37,768 nt of DNA from an uncultured archaeon (GCA_964508365.1 CAZDTP010000040.1:1-37768), one strand, 5' to 3'; positions 18,504 through 28,866 are shown, numbered from the stretch's first letter. Numbers and translations: made by a program. The notes: generated from the sequence alone by a model not told the origin.

Positions 18504-19919
18504 ATGGAAAAAGAAACGATAGAGATTAAACACTCTAAAAAGAGTATGCTTTCCTACGGTTTCGGGAAGTTCATTACTGAATTCTTTAATATGTGCTTTG
18601 GGGCGTATGTCTTCTTCTTTTATGAGCGTGTAATTGGTTTAAATGTCTGGTTTACTAGTACAGGATTTATTATATTTGCTGTATGGAATGCGTTTAATGA
18701 CCCTTTAGTAGGTTATTTAACAGATAGACCGTTTAAATTTACAAAAAAACGGGGAAGACGACTTCCTTGGGTTTTAATTGGAGGAATTCCATGGATCTTA
18801 AGTTATCTTCTCATATTTACTCCCCCCGTTGTAGATCCAGTGGACGGTGCTCTAATATTATTTGCATGGATCGTGATTATGACATGCTTATACGATACTT
18901 TTGCTTCAATATATGGTGTAAATTTTTATGCTATCTTTCCAGATAAGTTCCGTGAGAGTAGTGAACGCAGAACGGCGTCTATCTTAAGCACACTAATAGG
19001 CGCTCTAGGAACTGCCTTTGGAGCGATTATTCCGAGTCTTTTTATAGTGTGGGATCAAAGGGACACATATATTGTCCAAGCAGGAGTTGTAGTTATTATA
19101 TGTATGATTGCTTTAGCGCTCGCAATTCCTGGTAGTCGCGAGGATCGAGAAAGAATTGATTGCTATATCGAAAAATGCGAGGAAGGAATGGAAAGAGAAC
19201 CTTTTTTTAGAGAATTTAGAAGCATTTTAAAACATAAGAATTTTATGGCTTATATTATTTCTTTTATGTGTTATCAAACCCTAGTAGCAATAATGATAGG
19301 ATCCGTTCCATATGTTGCAGAAGCTGTATTAAATGTAGAAGCAGGAAATGTTACTCTAATAATGGCATTTCTTCTCATAGGAATGTTCGTTTCGATGCCT
19401 ATTTGGGGAAAAATTGCCGATAAAACAAACGACGATCGAAAAACAATGATACTTGCAGCAACCGTATTAACTATTGGTACATTTCCACTTATGTTCATTA
19501 ACGATTATGTCATAATGATTATCTTTATATTCATTTGGGGTTTTTGTGAAGGCGGTTATTGGGTTATGTTATCACCAGTGTTTTCAAACACAATTGATGA
19601 ATCCGTAGTCTTAACCGGTAAAAGAAAAGAGGGAACTTATCAAGGGTTTCAAACATTCGTCAGCAGAGCAGCATTAGTTTTTCAAGCTTTAACTTTCTCA
19701 ATTATACATACAGTAACAAATTTCAATCCCAGTTCTGGAATTCCTGGTGATCCGCTTCCGCCCCAGCCACCTGAGGCCGTAATCGGAATTCAAATACATT
19801 TTGCATTGATTCCTATGATTTTCATGTTTATCGCGACTATAGTACTGTGGAGATTTTATAAGTTAACGCCTGAGAAATTAGAAGATGTAAAAAAGAAGTT
19901 AGCTGAACTGGGAATATAA
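18504..19919 (+). CDS. GPH-family (MelB-like) glycoside/cation symporter, MFS
   Basis: SYGFG, VWNAFNDPLVGYLTDR, RGRRLPW, GKRKEGTYQG. Confidence 0.9.
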   Translation: MEKETIEIKHSKKSMLSYGFGKFITEFFNMCFGAYVFFFYERVIGLNVWFTSTGFIIFAVWNAFNDPLVGYLTDRPFKFTKKRGRRLPWVLIGGIPWILSYLLIFTPPVVDPVDGALILFAWIVIMTCLYDTFASIYGVNFYAIFPDKFRESSERRTASILSTLIGALGTAFGAIIPSLFIVWDQRDTYIVQAGVVVIICMIALALAIPGSREDRERIDCYIEKCEEGMEREPFFREFRSILKHKNFMAYIISFMCYQTLVAIMIGSVPYVAEAVLNVEAGNVTLIMAFLLIGMFVSMPIWGKIADKTNDDRKTMILAATVLTIGTFPLMFINDYVIMIIFIFIWGFCEGGYWVMLSPVFSNTIDESVVLTGKRKEGTYQGFQTFVSRAALVFQALTFSIIHTVTNFNPSSGIPGDPLPPQPPEAVIGIQIHFALIPMIFMFIATIVLWRFYKLTPEKLEDVKKKLAELGI

Positions 19920-20083
19920 AAAATTATATGGGTATATCAAATTAAACAATTTTATTTTTTTATTTCTTTCTTTTGATATTTTTATCAAATTATCTTAAAT
20001 AAACTCCGATTATTTCATTAGAACTCAAATCTTTTATAGTTTAACAACTAATATCACATAATTACATACAAGAAGCGATAAAA

Positions 20084-21583
20084 ATGAATAAATCGGATAT
20101 AATTGATACGACTTATGGGAAGATACAAGGTTATAAAGAGAACGGATTAGTAATATTTAAGGGTGTTCCTTATGCAGAACCTCCAATAAACGAACTACGA
20201 TTTTCTCCTCCCGTTGAGAAAAAACCTTGGGATGATGTATTGGATGCTAGTGAATATGGGCATTGTGCATACCAAGGATATTCTCAGCTCGAAGATTTTA
20301 CGGGTAAACTTCAACCCGAAAGTGAAGACTGTTTGAATCTTAATATCTGGACCCCTAATGTAGATAATAAGAAGCGCCCAGTGATGTTCTGGATACACGG
20401 GGGTGCATTTATTATGGGAGGTGGGATTGATACCATGTATGATGGTTCAGCCTTAGCCCGGCGAGGTGATGTTGTAATAGTTACTATTAATTATCGGTTA
20501 GGTGCTTTAGGTTATTTATACATTCCCGGTGTTACGGTCAATGTTGGGCAACTGGATCAAATATTAGCGCTTAAATGGGTTCACGATAATATTGAATTAT
20601 TTGGAGGGGATTCACATAATGTTACGATTTTTGGTGAATCTGCTGGGGGTTATTCAGTAGTTGCTTTAGCCGCCATGCCCGCAGCTAAGGGATTATTTCA
20701 TCGTATAATTGCTCAAAGCGCTCCTACTATTGATCCGAAGGTTACTAAAAAACCCACAAAAAAAATAATGCGTATGTTGGGTGTTGATACCAGCGATATT
20801 AACGCATTACGAAAGATATCACCTGAAAAAATAATCGATGCACAGAATAAGCTTTTAGCTGAAGATCCCACTAATCTTCTTGCTTTTCGACCTCTTATAG
20901 ATGGTGAAACATTACCAATACATCCTTTAAAGGCGTTTCAAAGTGGTGATTGTAAGGATATTGAATTTATGATTGGCACTAATCTGGAAGAGGCTAAGTT
21001 ATTTACAGCTCTTGATCCGGAAATAAGTAAATTGAATAATGTAGATGGCGAAAAACTCCTAATCGGTTTTTTGGGTAGATTAGGTATAGACATTACTAAA
21101 AGTAAAACGATGATCGATACATACAAGCAAGCGAGAGAAGGCAATTTTTCGATTGAATCTAAAGAAATTATGAATGCACTTATCACTGACTTTATGTTCC
21201 GCATTTCTACAATTCACTTGCTTGAAGCGCAGAGTAAATTTCAATCCAATACATATAATTACCTTTTTACCTGGCCATCTCCAGCATTTAACGGGGAATT
21301 AGGAGCATGCCACGCTCTTGAGATACCTTTCGTTTTTAACACGCTAAATAATCCTGCGTTTAAAGATTTCGTAGGTAACAGTCCAGATTTAAATGCTATT
21401 AGTCATAAAGTTATGGATGCTTGGATTGCATTTGCTCGTACTGGAAACCCAAACTACGATGGTATACCTAAGTGGCCGTCATATGATATTGAAAAGAGAT
21501 CAACTATGTTAATAGATCACGAGTTTAAAGTAGTTGAAAAGTTTCTTGATAAAGAACGAGCTGCTTGGGATGATCTTGTTTAG
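20084..21583 (+). CDS. Type-B carboxylesterase/lipase (PnbA-like)
   Basis: FKGVPYA, SEDCLNLNIW, HGGAF oxyanion hole, GESAG nucleophile, GTNLEE acid and GACHALEIPF His. Confidence 0.93.
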   Translation: MNKSDIIDTTYGKIQGYKENGLVIFKGVPYAEPPINELRFSPPVEKKPWDDVLDASEYGHCAYQGYSQLEDFTGKLQPESEDCLNLNIWTPNVDNKKRPVMFWIHGGAFIMGGGIDTMYDGSALARRGDVVIVTINYRLGALGYLYIPGVTVNVGQLDQILALKWVHDNIELFGGDSHNVTIFGESAGGYSVVALAAMPAAKGLFHRIIAQSAPTIDPKVTKKPTKKIMRMLGVDTSDINALRKISPEKIIDAQNKLLAEDPTNLLAFRPLIDGETLPIHPLKAFQSGDCKDIEFMIGTNLEEAKLFTALDPEISKLNNVDGEKLLIGFLGRLGIDITKSKTMIDTYKQAREGNFSIESKEIMNALITDFMFRISTIHLLEAQSKFQSNTYNYLFTWPSPAFNGELGACHALEIPFVFNTLNNPAFKDFVGNSPDLNAISHKVMDAWIAFARTGNPNYDGIPKWPSYDIEKRSTMLIDHEFKVVEKFLDKERAAWDDLV

Positions 21584-21615
21584 TAAAACTCAAAAATTTT
21601 TAATTTTTTTTTATT

Positions 21616-22398
21616 CTAATCTTTTTTAAGCCATTCTTTAAGTGCTGCTTTAACAGAGCGACGCATTTCCACTGAGTAATCTGCCCCTAATTTACCAAGA
21701 TAGAATTGTTGCCCCATATTTTCTGCTTCTTTTACTACGATTTTTCTCTCTTCACCCTTTAACATCTCGTTAAAATCCTTTTCGCTTAACCTAGAGTATT
21801 TGTCTGTAAACTGTATAAATTTTTGAGGAAAGCGATTCGTGAGGGGAATTTTGTTTTTATCTCCTTTAGGATATCCAAAACATATCAAAGTTATAGAAAA
21901 TACCCATTTAGGAAGTTTAAACATCTCACGATGAATTTCATAGTTTTCCATAATGTCTCCAATATAACAGGAGCCAATGCCTAACGCTTCAGCAGCAATT
22001 ACAGAATTTTGGGCAGCAATTAATGCATCACAACAAGCAAGAAGTAAATCAGATTCTTGGGGTGTTTGAAACTCTTTACCTATTTCATTGCATTTTTCCT
22101 TGACTTTACTTAATTTAAAGTAATCCCACCATCGCTGCATGTCAGCTAAAAACAACAAAACTAACGGTGCTTTTGCAATATGTGGTTGATTGTCGCAAGT
22201 TTTTACCAATTTTTCTTTTATTTTTTGATCAGATACTTGAATAATTGAATACATCATCAAATTTCCCGCTGTAGGGGCTTTTATTGCTCCTTGGATGATT
22301 GTATCTATTTCTTCTTGAGTTAGTGGTTTAGGGCTATAGGCTCTAATTGTTCTTCTACTATTAATTAAATTTATAGTATCATTATTTAGCTCAGTCAT
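21616..22398 (-). CDS. Nitroreductase/NADPH-flavin reductase, NfrA/Frp-like
   Basis: RRTIRAY, APTAGNLMMYSII, AAQNSVIAAEALGIGSCYIG, GYP. Confidence 0.9.
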   Translation of the reverse strand: MTELNNDTINLINSRRTIRAYSPKPLTQEEIDTIIQGAIKAPTAGNLMMYSIIQVSDQKIKEKLVKTCDNQPHIAKAPLVLLFLADMQRWWDYFKLSKVKEKCNEIGKEFQTPQESDLLLACCDALIAAQNSVIAAEALGIGSCYIGDIMENYEIHREMFKLPKWVFSITLICFGYPKGDKNKIPLTNRFPQKFIQFTDKYSRLSEKDFNEMLKGEERKIVVKEAENMGQQFYLGKLGADYSVEMRRSVKAALKEWLKKD

Positions 22399-22444
22399 GA
22401 TATTAATAAAATTCTTCTTTAATGGGCTGTAACCATTTGAGTTT

Positions 22445-24901
22445 TCATAATAATTTAAAAGTTTTAATTTTCCAAGGTTTTATTTTTGTTTGATTAGATT
22501 TAAGAGAACCCAATTCTTTCAAAAGGAAATCAACTTCTTTTATCTGGTTCCCAACTAAAATTCCATCTATTTTAATATCAATTTCTTCATTAGTTGGATT
22601 ATATGTCCTTAGATACAATCCTGTTTTGCGTCTCCATAAGAATACTATTGGAAGTGGGGGTTCTATAGACAAGAAGGATTGTTCTTCATCATTAATGCCT
22701 CTTAGTTCGTTTATACTAATCCCTAATAACCTAAAATAATAGGAATTCACAAATTCTAAAACCGAGAGGAAATCCCTTTTATCAGTAACAACTATAGCGA
22801 ATTCATATCTCCCTTTATCGTAAAGAATGTTATTAAGTTCAAAGTTTTCTTGGTTGATCTCAAATCTTTGACTATTTTTTTGAATATAGATAATTTGTTC
22901 GCTAATTCCCTTTAGCCATATAAAATCCAATGTTTGTATTTTTCTTCTTCTTGTTTCTTCGATTCCAAAAGGATAATTAATTAGAGATTTTTGTATATTG
23001 ACTTTCGGTGTGAGAATAACATGATTCTTATTATTAGTTTCAAGGATAATCTCAAGCCTATTTATTCCGCTGAATTGAACTATTTCAACCTTAAAACTCT
23101 GATTTTTAGCATTTCCTATAAAAATGTATTTTTCTTCTACATCATTGCGATACTTTTCTTTCAGCTCTAAATCGTATGGAATTAACAGAAGAAATGACAA
23201 TTCATAAACAAGCTTCTCCTTATATATGACTCCTATTTTTTTAAAATTGTCTAATAATTTTAGTTCATAGAAAAATATTGGCTTTGATTTTGGTATTTTG
23301 TTATGCTCCTCACTTGTAGAATAAATTTTATACCCAAATCCCGGTACTTCAGCTATGAATTTTCGATGAAAATTTTTTTGGTGCAATGGAAAGGAGATTA
23401 TATCTCTTCTTGAATAAGGAGTTGGATTAAAAACAAATAAGGTATTTGGATGTATTTCTGGATTTATTTGCTCTTTAAGAATTTCTTTGGCTATTTCTGA
23501 AAGTGCTACATTCATTTGGCTAGTACATGTATCTTGTATTTCTTTATGTATTTGAATACTCCACTCAGAAATAGTATTTGGATTTTTGGTTAGATTTATA
23601 TTACGAAGCTCTTCCATACTCAGTTGTATTTGCGAATATTCTCCCGATCGTAAGTGAGGGACCACATAGCAATCGTGAGCTTGGTTAGGTAATAATTTTT
23701 CCCATAATTGCTCAAAAAATGTATCCTTAGATTCTTTGTTAAAATAGCTTAAGATACTATTCAAGATTTCAGATATACTAATAAGGATTTCAGAATTTTT
23801 ATTATAAAGGAACAATTTGGATGACAGAAACAAGTTATCACTAAGACGAAATTCATCTCTTATATATTTAAAATCGCCTTCTTTCTCAGTCAATTCAAAG
23901 AACTCCGCTAAACTTAAAAATTTTCCAAAAATGTTTGAAAATTTAGACATTCGCCAGACTTCTTCTTGGTAAGGCATGTTATTCATGAAATCTTCAAGAC
24001 TCGAATATACTATTTTTTTCATAAAAGGACGAGCAACAGCTTGAAATAATAAATTAGGCAATTCTTGAAAAAAAGTACCATGCCAATACTCTCCATTAAA
24101 TATCCCTGATTGGTCTACGATAGCATCGAGCGAGGTGTTGTCTAATCCAATCCACCCAATGTGCGGTGAGTTAGCTGTTGGATTAATTCCTAATAAGCGA
24201 GTTCTTAGTGAGGCATATTTAATATTAAAGTTTTTTAATATTTGAGGAATTTGTGGGTGGATTGAACTTTCTGAGCAATAATACATATTAGAATCCAATC
24301 CAATTTTTTTAAGATTCTTTAATCCGTATTCAAAGTGTTTAATATTAGATTCTGGACCTATAATTAAGTTATAAGGTTGAGAGTATGAAGGGTTAATTAT
24401 TTCACACTTCCCACTTTTAAACAGCTTTAGAAATTCTTCAAAATTTTCTGGATATCTTTCATTCAACCACTCTAAACAACTTACAGCTACTTCTAAATTA
24501 TAAGGCATTTGATTATCATTAGCTTTTCGTATACTTTTTAATAAACGATCCAAGGAATCGCTTGGGTTATCAAATTCGCAGAATCCAATATCATTAATGA
24601 TAATTCCTCCATGCCATCCTACGATATATAATAATTCAGGCACAATTACTTTATGGATAGTTGATTTAAGCTTATTTAATAGGTTTACAAATTCTCTGCG
24701 TGTAATTTCCTCATTTTGTTGGAATTTTTGCTCGATAACATCCAGCTTCCCCCTAAATTTATCACAATTGAATCTAGGTTTTCTAATGGGAAATTTATTA
24801 ATGAAAATAAGAAATAAATCAAATATAGAGTTCAAAGCTTTAATATCTTCAAGTTTTATTTCATTTTGCTCATTATTCAACATGGTAAATAGATATAGCA
24901 C
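22445..24901 (-). CDS. Divergent GH38/GH57-clan glycoside hydrolase-like protein (start may be the ATG at 24883)
   Basis: EIINPSYSQP...GPESNIKHFEYG, PQIPQIL, LLPNQAHDCY, VFNPTPYSR, EVPGFGYK and LRTYNP follow GH38 architecture, but the canonical HxD and DxFG motifs are altered. Confidence 0.65.
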   Translation of the reverse strand: MLYLFTMLNNEQNEIKLEDIKALNSIFDLFLIFINKFPIRKPRFNCDKFRGKLDVIEQKFQQNEEITRREFVNLLNKLKSTIHKVIVPELLYIVGWHGGIIINDIGFCEFDNPSDSLDRLLKSIRKANDNQMPYNLEVAVSCLEWLNERYPENFEEFLKLFKSGKCEIINPSYSQPYNLIIGPESNIKHFEYGLKNLKKIGLDSNMYYCSESSIHPQIPQILKNFNIKYASLRTRLLGINPTANSPHIGWIGLDNTSLDAIVDQSGIFNGEYWHGTFFQELPNLLFQAVARPFMKKIVYSSLEDFMNNMPYQEEVWRMSKFSNIFGKFLSLAEFFELTEKEGDFKYIRDEFRLSDNLFLSSKLFLYNKNSEILISISEILNSILSYFNKESKDTFFEQLWEKLLPNQAHDCYVVPHLRSGEYSQIQLSMEELRNINLTKNPNTISEWSIQIHKEIQDTCTSQMNVALSEIAKEILKEQINPEIHPNTLFVFNPTPYSRRDIISFPLHQKNFHRKFIAEVPGFGYKIYSTSEEHNKIPKSKPIFFYELKLLDNFKKIGVIYKEKLVYELSFLLLIPYDLELKEKYRNDVEEKYIFIGNAKNQSFKVEIVQFSGINRLEIILETNNKNHVILTPKVNIQKSLINYPFGIEETRRRKIQTLDFIWLKGISEQIIYIQKNSQRFEINQENFELNNILYDKGRYEFAIVVTDKRDFLSVLEFVNSYYFRLLGISINELRGINDEEQSFLSIEPPLPIVFLWRRKTGLYLRTYNPTNEEIDIKIDGILVGNQIKEVDFLLKELGSLKSNQTKIKPWKIKTFKLL

Positions 24902-24915
24902 TATTTTTAGACAAA

Positions 24916-25587
24916 TTAAGGTAATTCTTTTTCTTTTTCAATATCAGTAGGATCGCGTCCTTTTTCTAATTGCTCAAACCACCATTTATCTGTAGAGATT
25001 ATTTCTTTTGCTTTTAATAAAACAGATTCAATATTATTTTGATTAACGATGACTACACCATTAATATCACCAAATATTAAATCTCCTGGAGTTATCACTC
25101 TATCTCCACATTTCACAGGTTTCATCACATTATCTAGATCTATAATCATTCTACCTCGAATTGATGAACTTATTACCCCTCTTGCAAAAATTGGGAAATT
25201 TAAAGAAATAACTTGTGAAATATCTCGGATTGGTCCATCAACCAAACCTCCTCGAAATCCTAAATCTTGAAGTAACCTGCTTGTGCTCTGTCCAAGTCCA
25301 GCAGCAATCATTTGACCTGACATATCAACACACATTATAGGATATTTGGGAAGTTTTCTCATAAATTTGACTAAACGAGCAATAATATTCCTCTCGAGTG
25401 GTTCATCAGAGAGTATCATCTTCATTGTCCCTGCTAAGCCGAGTATCCTCGAGCCAGGCCACATTGGTCTTATACCTGCATCAATAAAACCGGGTTCAAG
25501 ACCTAGCTCATCGATAGCATCTGAAACGGCGCAAGTATATAGTTTTGAATACTCTGCTATTATTGATCTAAGTTTATTCTCGTCCAT
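24916..25587 (-). CDS. RraA / HMG-CHA class II aldolase family protein
   Basis: AVSDAID, GLVDGPIRD metal/phosphate motif, FPIFARG and ITPGDLIFGDINGVV. Confidence 0.85.
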   Translation of the reverse strand: MDENKLRSIIAEYSKLYTCAVSDAIDELGLEPGFIDAGIRPMWPGSRILGLAGTMKMILSDEPLERNIIARLVKFMRKLPKYPIMCVDMSGQMIAAGLGQSTSRLLQDLGFRGGLVDGPIRDISQVISLNFPIFARGVISSSIRGRMIIDLDNVMKPVKCGDRVITPGDLIFGDINGVVIVNQNNIESVLLKAKEIISTDKWWFEQLEKGRDPTDIEKEKELP

Positions 25588-25635
25588 GATTTTCAGAGAT
25601 TAAGAAGTTATTTAAGAATATCAAAATATAATATA

Positions 25636-25676
25636 AAATGATACTTTTTCCATTATAAACTTATATAAATGATACT
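25636..25676. promoter_or_regulatory. Divergent promoter with direct repeat AAATGATACT x2 and TATA-like TTATATAAA
   Basis: Copies at 25636-25645 and 25667-25676 (31-bp spacing); TATA-like element at 25661-25669 between the rraA and ilvD-like starts. Confidence 0.45.
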
Positions 25677-25747
25677 GCGACTGAAATAAAGAAATAGTAA
25701 TTCTGTATAAGCTTAATAAAAATACTAATTGGGATTAGGTAATTAAG

Positions 25748-27418
25748 ATGGATAAAAATGAATTTGATCTAAAAAAAAGAAGTAGTAGTATTTTTGAGTG
25801 GACAAAAACAACCCCCTTTAATTATGTAACAAGGGGGATCATTAAAGGGGTGGGATTAGAGGATAAAGACATCGATAATAAACCCTTCATCGGTATTGCG
25901 AATACATGGAATGAACTCAATCCAGGTCATAAACATTTAAACGAACTTGCTGAGGCTGTAAAGTATGGAATCTTGGAAGCTGGTGGTCTACCTTTTGAAT
26001 TTTGTACGGTAGGACCTTGTGATGGTTGGGCTAATGGCAACGAAGGAATGCGTTATATTCTACCTCATAGAGAAGTTATTGCAGATTCAATTGAATTAAT
26101 GGTTCAAGCACATAGTTTGGATGCGTTAGTTACCATATCTAGTTGTGATAAAATTAATCCTGCAGTTTTAATGGCAGCAATTCGATTAGATATACCTACA
26201 ATTTGCGTTCCAGGCGGACCTAATTTTTATGAGATTAGATTCATGCCTGAGTATACTGGGATTGATCAGAACAACTACGATGACTTTGATTATAAAGTAA
26301 AATGCATTACTTGTGCGACACATGGATCATGTGAAATTATGGGAACCGCGAATACATTTCAATGCTTAATGGAAGCTTTTGGAATGACCTTGCCCAATGC
26401 AGCTACGATTCCAGCAGTTACACGCATGAAATATACAATCGCAAGAAATTCAGGAAGGCAAATTATCGATTTGCTTAGAAAAGGAATAACTCCCTCACAC
26501 ATAATGACGAAGAAATCGCTTGAAAATGCCCTAATGGTGGACCTAGCGATTGGCGGATCAACAAATTCCGCTTTACATCTCCCTGCAATAGCATATGAAA
26601 TGGGAATTGAATTTGATTTAGAAATGTTCAACGATTTTAGCAAAAAAATACCCACAATCGCAAATATTTATCCTTCTGGAAATTACGGTGCTGTAGATTT
26701 ATATAAAGCAGGGGGAATTCCAGCAGTAATGAATAGAATAAAAGAATATCTTAATCTGGATTGTTTAACTGTTACTGGAAAAACATTAGGGAAAATTATT
26801 CGAAGAGCTAAAGTATTAGACGAAGATATTATAAGACCACTGAATAACCCTGTTTTTCCCGAAGGTGGAACAGTTATACTAAAAGGAAATTTGGCTCCAG
26901 ATGGAGCTGTCGTTAAGCAATCTGGTGTTAAACACAAAGATATGCTTAAATTTTCAGGTCCAGCTATATGTTATAATTCAGAAGGAGAAGTTCTTGATGA
27001 TTTAGCTATGAATAAAATAGACAATGGTTCTGTACTTATCATTCGATATGAAGGTCCAAAAGGGGCTCCTGGTATGCCAGAATTGCTAGCAGTGACAGCA
27101 ACTCTTATGTTAAAGAAGAAATTAGATAGAGTTGCATTAATCACCGATGGTCGATTCTCTGGTGGCACCTCAGGACCTTGTATTGGACATGTAAGTCCTG
27201 AAGCATATGTTGGGGGACCAATCGCAGTTATTAAAAATGGTGATATTATCACTATTGATATCCCAAATCGGAAACTTATTGCAGAAATTAGCGATGATGA
27301 AATCAAAAATAGGTTAAATCAATGGAATCCCGTTGAAAAACCTATTAATAGTAAAGCCCTGTTGAAATATAAAAAATTAGTTTCATCAGCAGCTGAAGGA
27401 GCTATACTTAAGTTTTAA
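25748..27418 (+). CDS. ilvD: IlvD/Edd-family Fe-S dehydratase (dihydroxy-acid or sugar-acid dehydratase)
   Basis: NPGHKHL, PCDG, SCDK, GSCEIMGTAN, GGSTN, GNLAPDG, YEGPKGAPGMPE, TDGRFSG and GHVSPEA. The symbol denotes the family; substrate not established. Confidence 0.9.
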   Translation: MDKNEFDLKKRSSSIFEWTKTTPFNYVTRGIIKGVGLEDKDIDNKPFIGIANTWNELNPGHKHLNELAEAVKYGILEAGGLPFEFCTVGPCDGWANGNEGMRYILPHREVIADSIELMVQAHSLDALVTISSCDKINPAVLMAAIRLDIPTICVPGGPNFYEIRFMPEYTGIDQNNYDDFDYKVKCITCATHGSCEIMGTANTFQCLMEAFGMTLPNAATIPAVTRMKYTIARNSGRQIIDLLRKGITPSHIMTKKSLENALMVDLAIGGSTNSALHLPAIAYEMGIEFDLEMFNDFSKKIPTIANIYPSGNYGAVDLYKAGGIPAVMNRIKEYLNLDCLTVTGKTLGKIIRRAKVLDEDIIRPLNNPVFPEGGTVILKGNLAPDGAVVKQSGVKHKDMLKFSGPAICYNSEGEVLDDLAMNKIDNGSVLIIRYEGPKGAPGMPELLAVTATLMLKKKLDRVALITDGRFSGGTSGPCIGHVSPEAYVGGPIAVIKNGDIITIDIPNRKLIAEISDDEIKNRLNQWNPVEKPINSKALLKYKKLVSSAAEGAILKF

Positions 27419-27430
27419 AAAAAAAAAAAA
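27417..27430 (-). terminator. A14 run (T14 on minus strand), likely archaeal oligo-T terminator between convergent genes
   Basis: Homopolymer lies 26 nt past the stop of the minus-strand GPH gene. Confidence 0.45.
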
Positions 27431-27456
27431 TTAAGAGAAAAAATTTATTATTTTAA

Positions 27457-28866
27457 TTATATTCTTGCTTTTTTAGCTTCATGAATCTCTGCTAGCTTAT
27501 TCTTAATATTGGCTAGATTTTCACCATGTAAAGGATATTTCCACATCGCTAAAATAATAACTGTTAAAGCTATTGCGGGAAATACGAAGGCTAAGAATTT
27601 TAATCCTAAAATTTGCTCAGGGGTAATCGCTGAAACTTCAGGTTCGTGAATTCTCCATCCAACATTGGTAAATACAAGGCTAATTGCGAGAAAAACGAAT
27701 ATATAGCCTACTCTCAAGAAAAAAATATAATTACCGAAAAAACTTGCATCTCTTCTAGTTCCAGTTTTCAGCTCATCTTCATCAATAATATCTGAAACAA
27801 TTAAATCCTTAGAATAAAGTGATCCTCCTAAACCTATACCAACAAAGAAAAATACGATAAAGGCTAAAATAAGATTTAAATCAAATATTAATGGTAATAA
27901 TGTAACCATCCAAACCGCAGAAGAAATCATCCACATTTTTCTTACACCGATCTTTGTTGCCAATCGTTTCCATATTAATGTAATAGATAAAGCTGCAGCG
28001 ATAAAAGCCAGACCCAATAAAAGTGAGAGAATTATCCCTTCCTGTCCCAATACGTATTTTCCATATAGAGGAATGATTGTTGGGAGAATTGTATCAACAA
28101 AAAAATCACCCATAAAAGCAGGTATTGCCCATCTAAATGATTTACTTTTCAAAGTTGTTTTAAATGAAGTAAAAAAACCGGGGACTTCCTTATGATCTTG
28201 CTGGAACTCTGGTCTTTCTCTTGGTGTAAACTTTAAAAAGAGTAAACCGACAATTATAATTATAACTGTTAATGTAATTCCAAAAAAGGCGTATTCAATG
28301 ACATATTTGGGATCTGAATAGTCTTTAATAAAAAACCCTGGAAGAAGAAACGCAAAAATTAAACCTACTATAGCAAAAACTTGTCGTATATTGTTAGCTT
28401 TCAACCGAGCATCCTTAGTGATAAATATTTCTGGAAGCATGGAAGTGAGATTGATGTCGTAAGTTGTATAGCAGAATTCAAAGAGTATAATAATAACAAC
28501 AAAATAGATGAAGTTGATTGTAGTATCAGTGATTCCATAAGAAAAAGGTGGAAAAAACAGGAAAAACATTACAACGGCTAATGGAACTAATAAAACCATG
28601 ATATACGGTCTTCGACGTCCCCATCGTGTATGAGTTCTGTCACTTAGAAAACCCATTAATGGGTCGTTGAACGCGTTCCATACTGACCATATAATAAACC
28701 CTAATGTAATTAAATCTAGAGGAATTCTTACTACCGTGAAATAAAATGTAAATATCAAAAATGTAAACGCTTGGTATGATGTTATGAGAGATATCTGACC
28801 AAAACTATAACCTACTGCTCCTTTTGCAGAATAATCGCTAGATAAATCATTATCCACAATAATCAC
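27457..28866 (-). CDS. GPH-family glycoside/cation symporter, MFS
   Basis: GYSFGQ, VWNAFNDPLMGFLSDRTHTRWGRRRPY, GTRRDASFFG; GTG start. Confidence 0.9.
   Translation of the reverse strand: MIIVDNDLSSDYSAKGAVGYSFGQISLITSYQAFTFLIFTFYFTVVRIPLDLITLGFIIWSVWNAFNDPLMGFLSDRTHTRWGRRRPYIMVLLVPLAVVMFFLFFPPFSYGITDTTINFIYFVVIIILFEFCYTTYDINLTSMLPEIFITKDARLKANNIRQVFAIVGLIFAFLLPGFFIKDYSDPKYVIEYAFFGITLTVIIIIVGLLFLKFTPRERPEFQQDHKEVPGFFTSFKTTLKSKSFRWAIPAFMGDFFVDTILPTIIPLYGKYVLGQEGIILSLLLGLAFIAAALSITLIWKRLATKIGVRKMWMISSAVWMVTLLPLIFDLNLILAFIVFFFVGIGLGGSLYSKDLIVSDIIDEDELKTGTRRDASFFGNYIFFLRVGYIFVFLAISLVFTNVGWRIHEPEVSAITPEQILGLKFLAFVFPAIALTVIILAMWKYPLHGENLANIKNKLAEIHEAKKARI

Noticed and set aside
27417-27430. A14 run as a phase-variation tract
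   Set aside because: It lies outside coding and promoter regions; a terminator role is sufficient, and its length may be a sequencing artefact.
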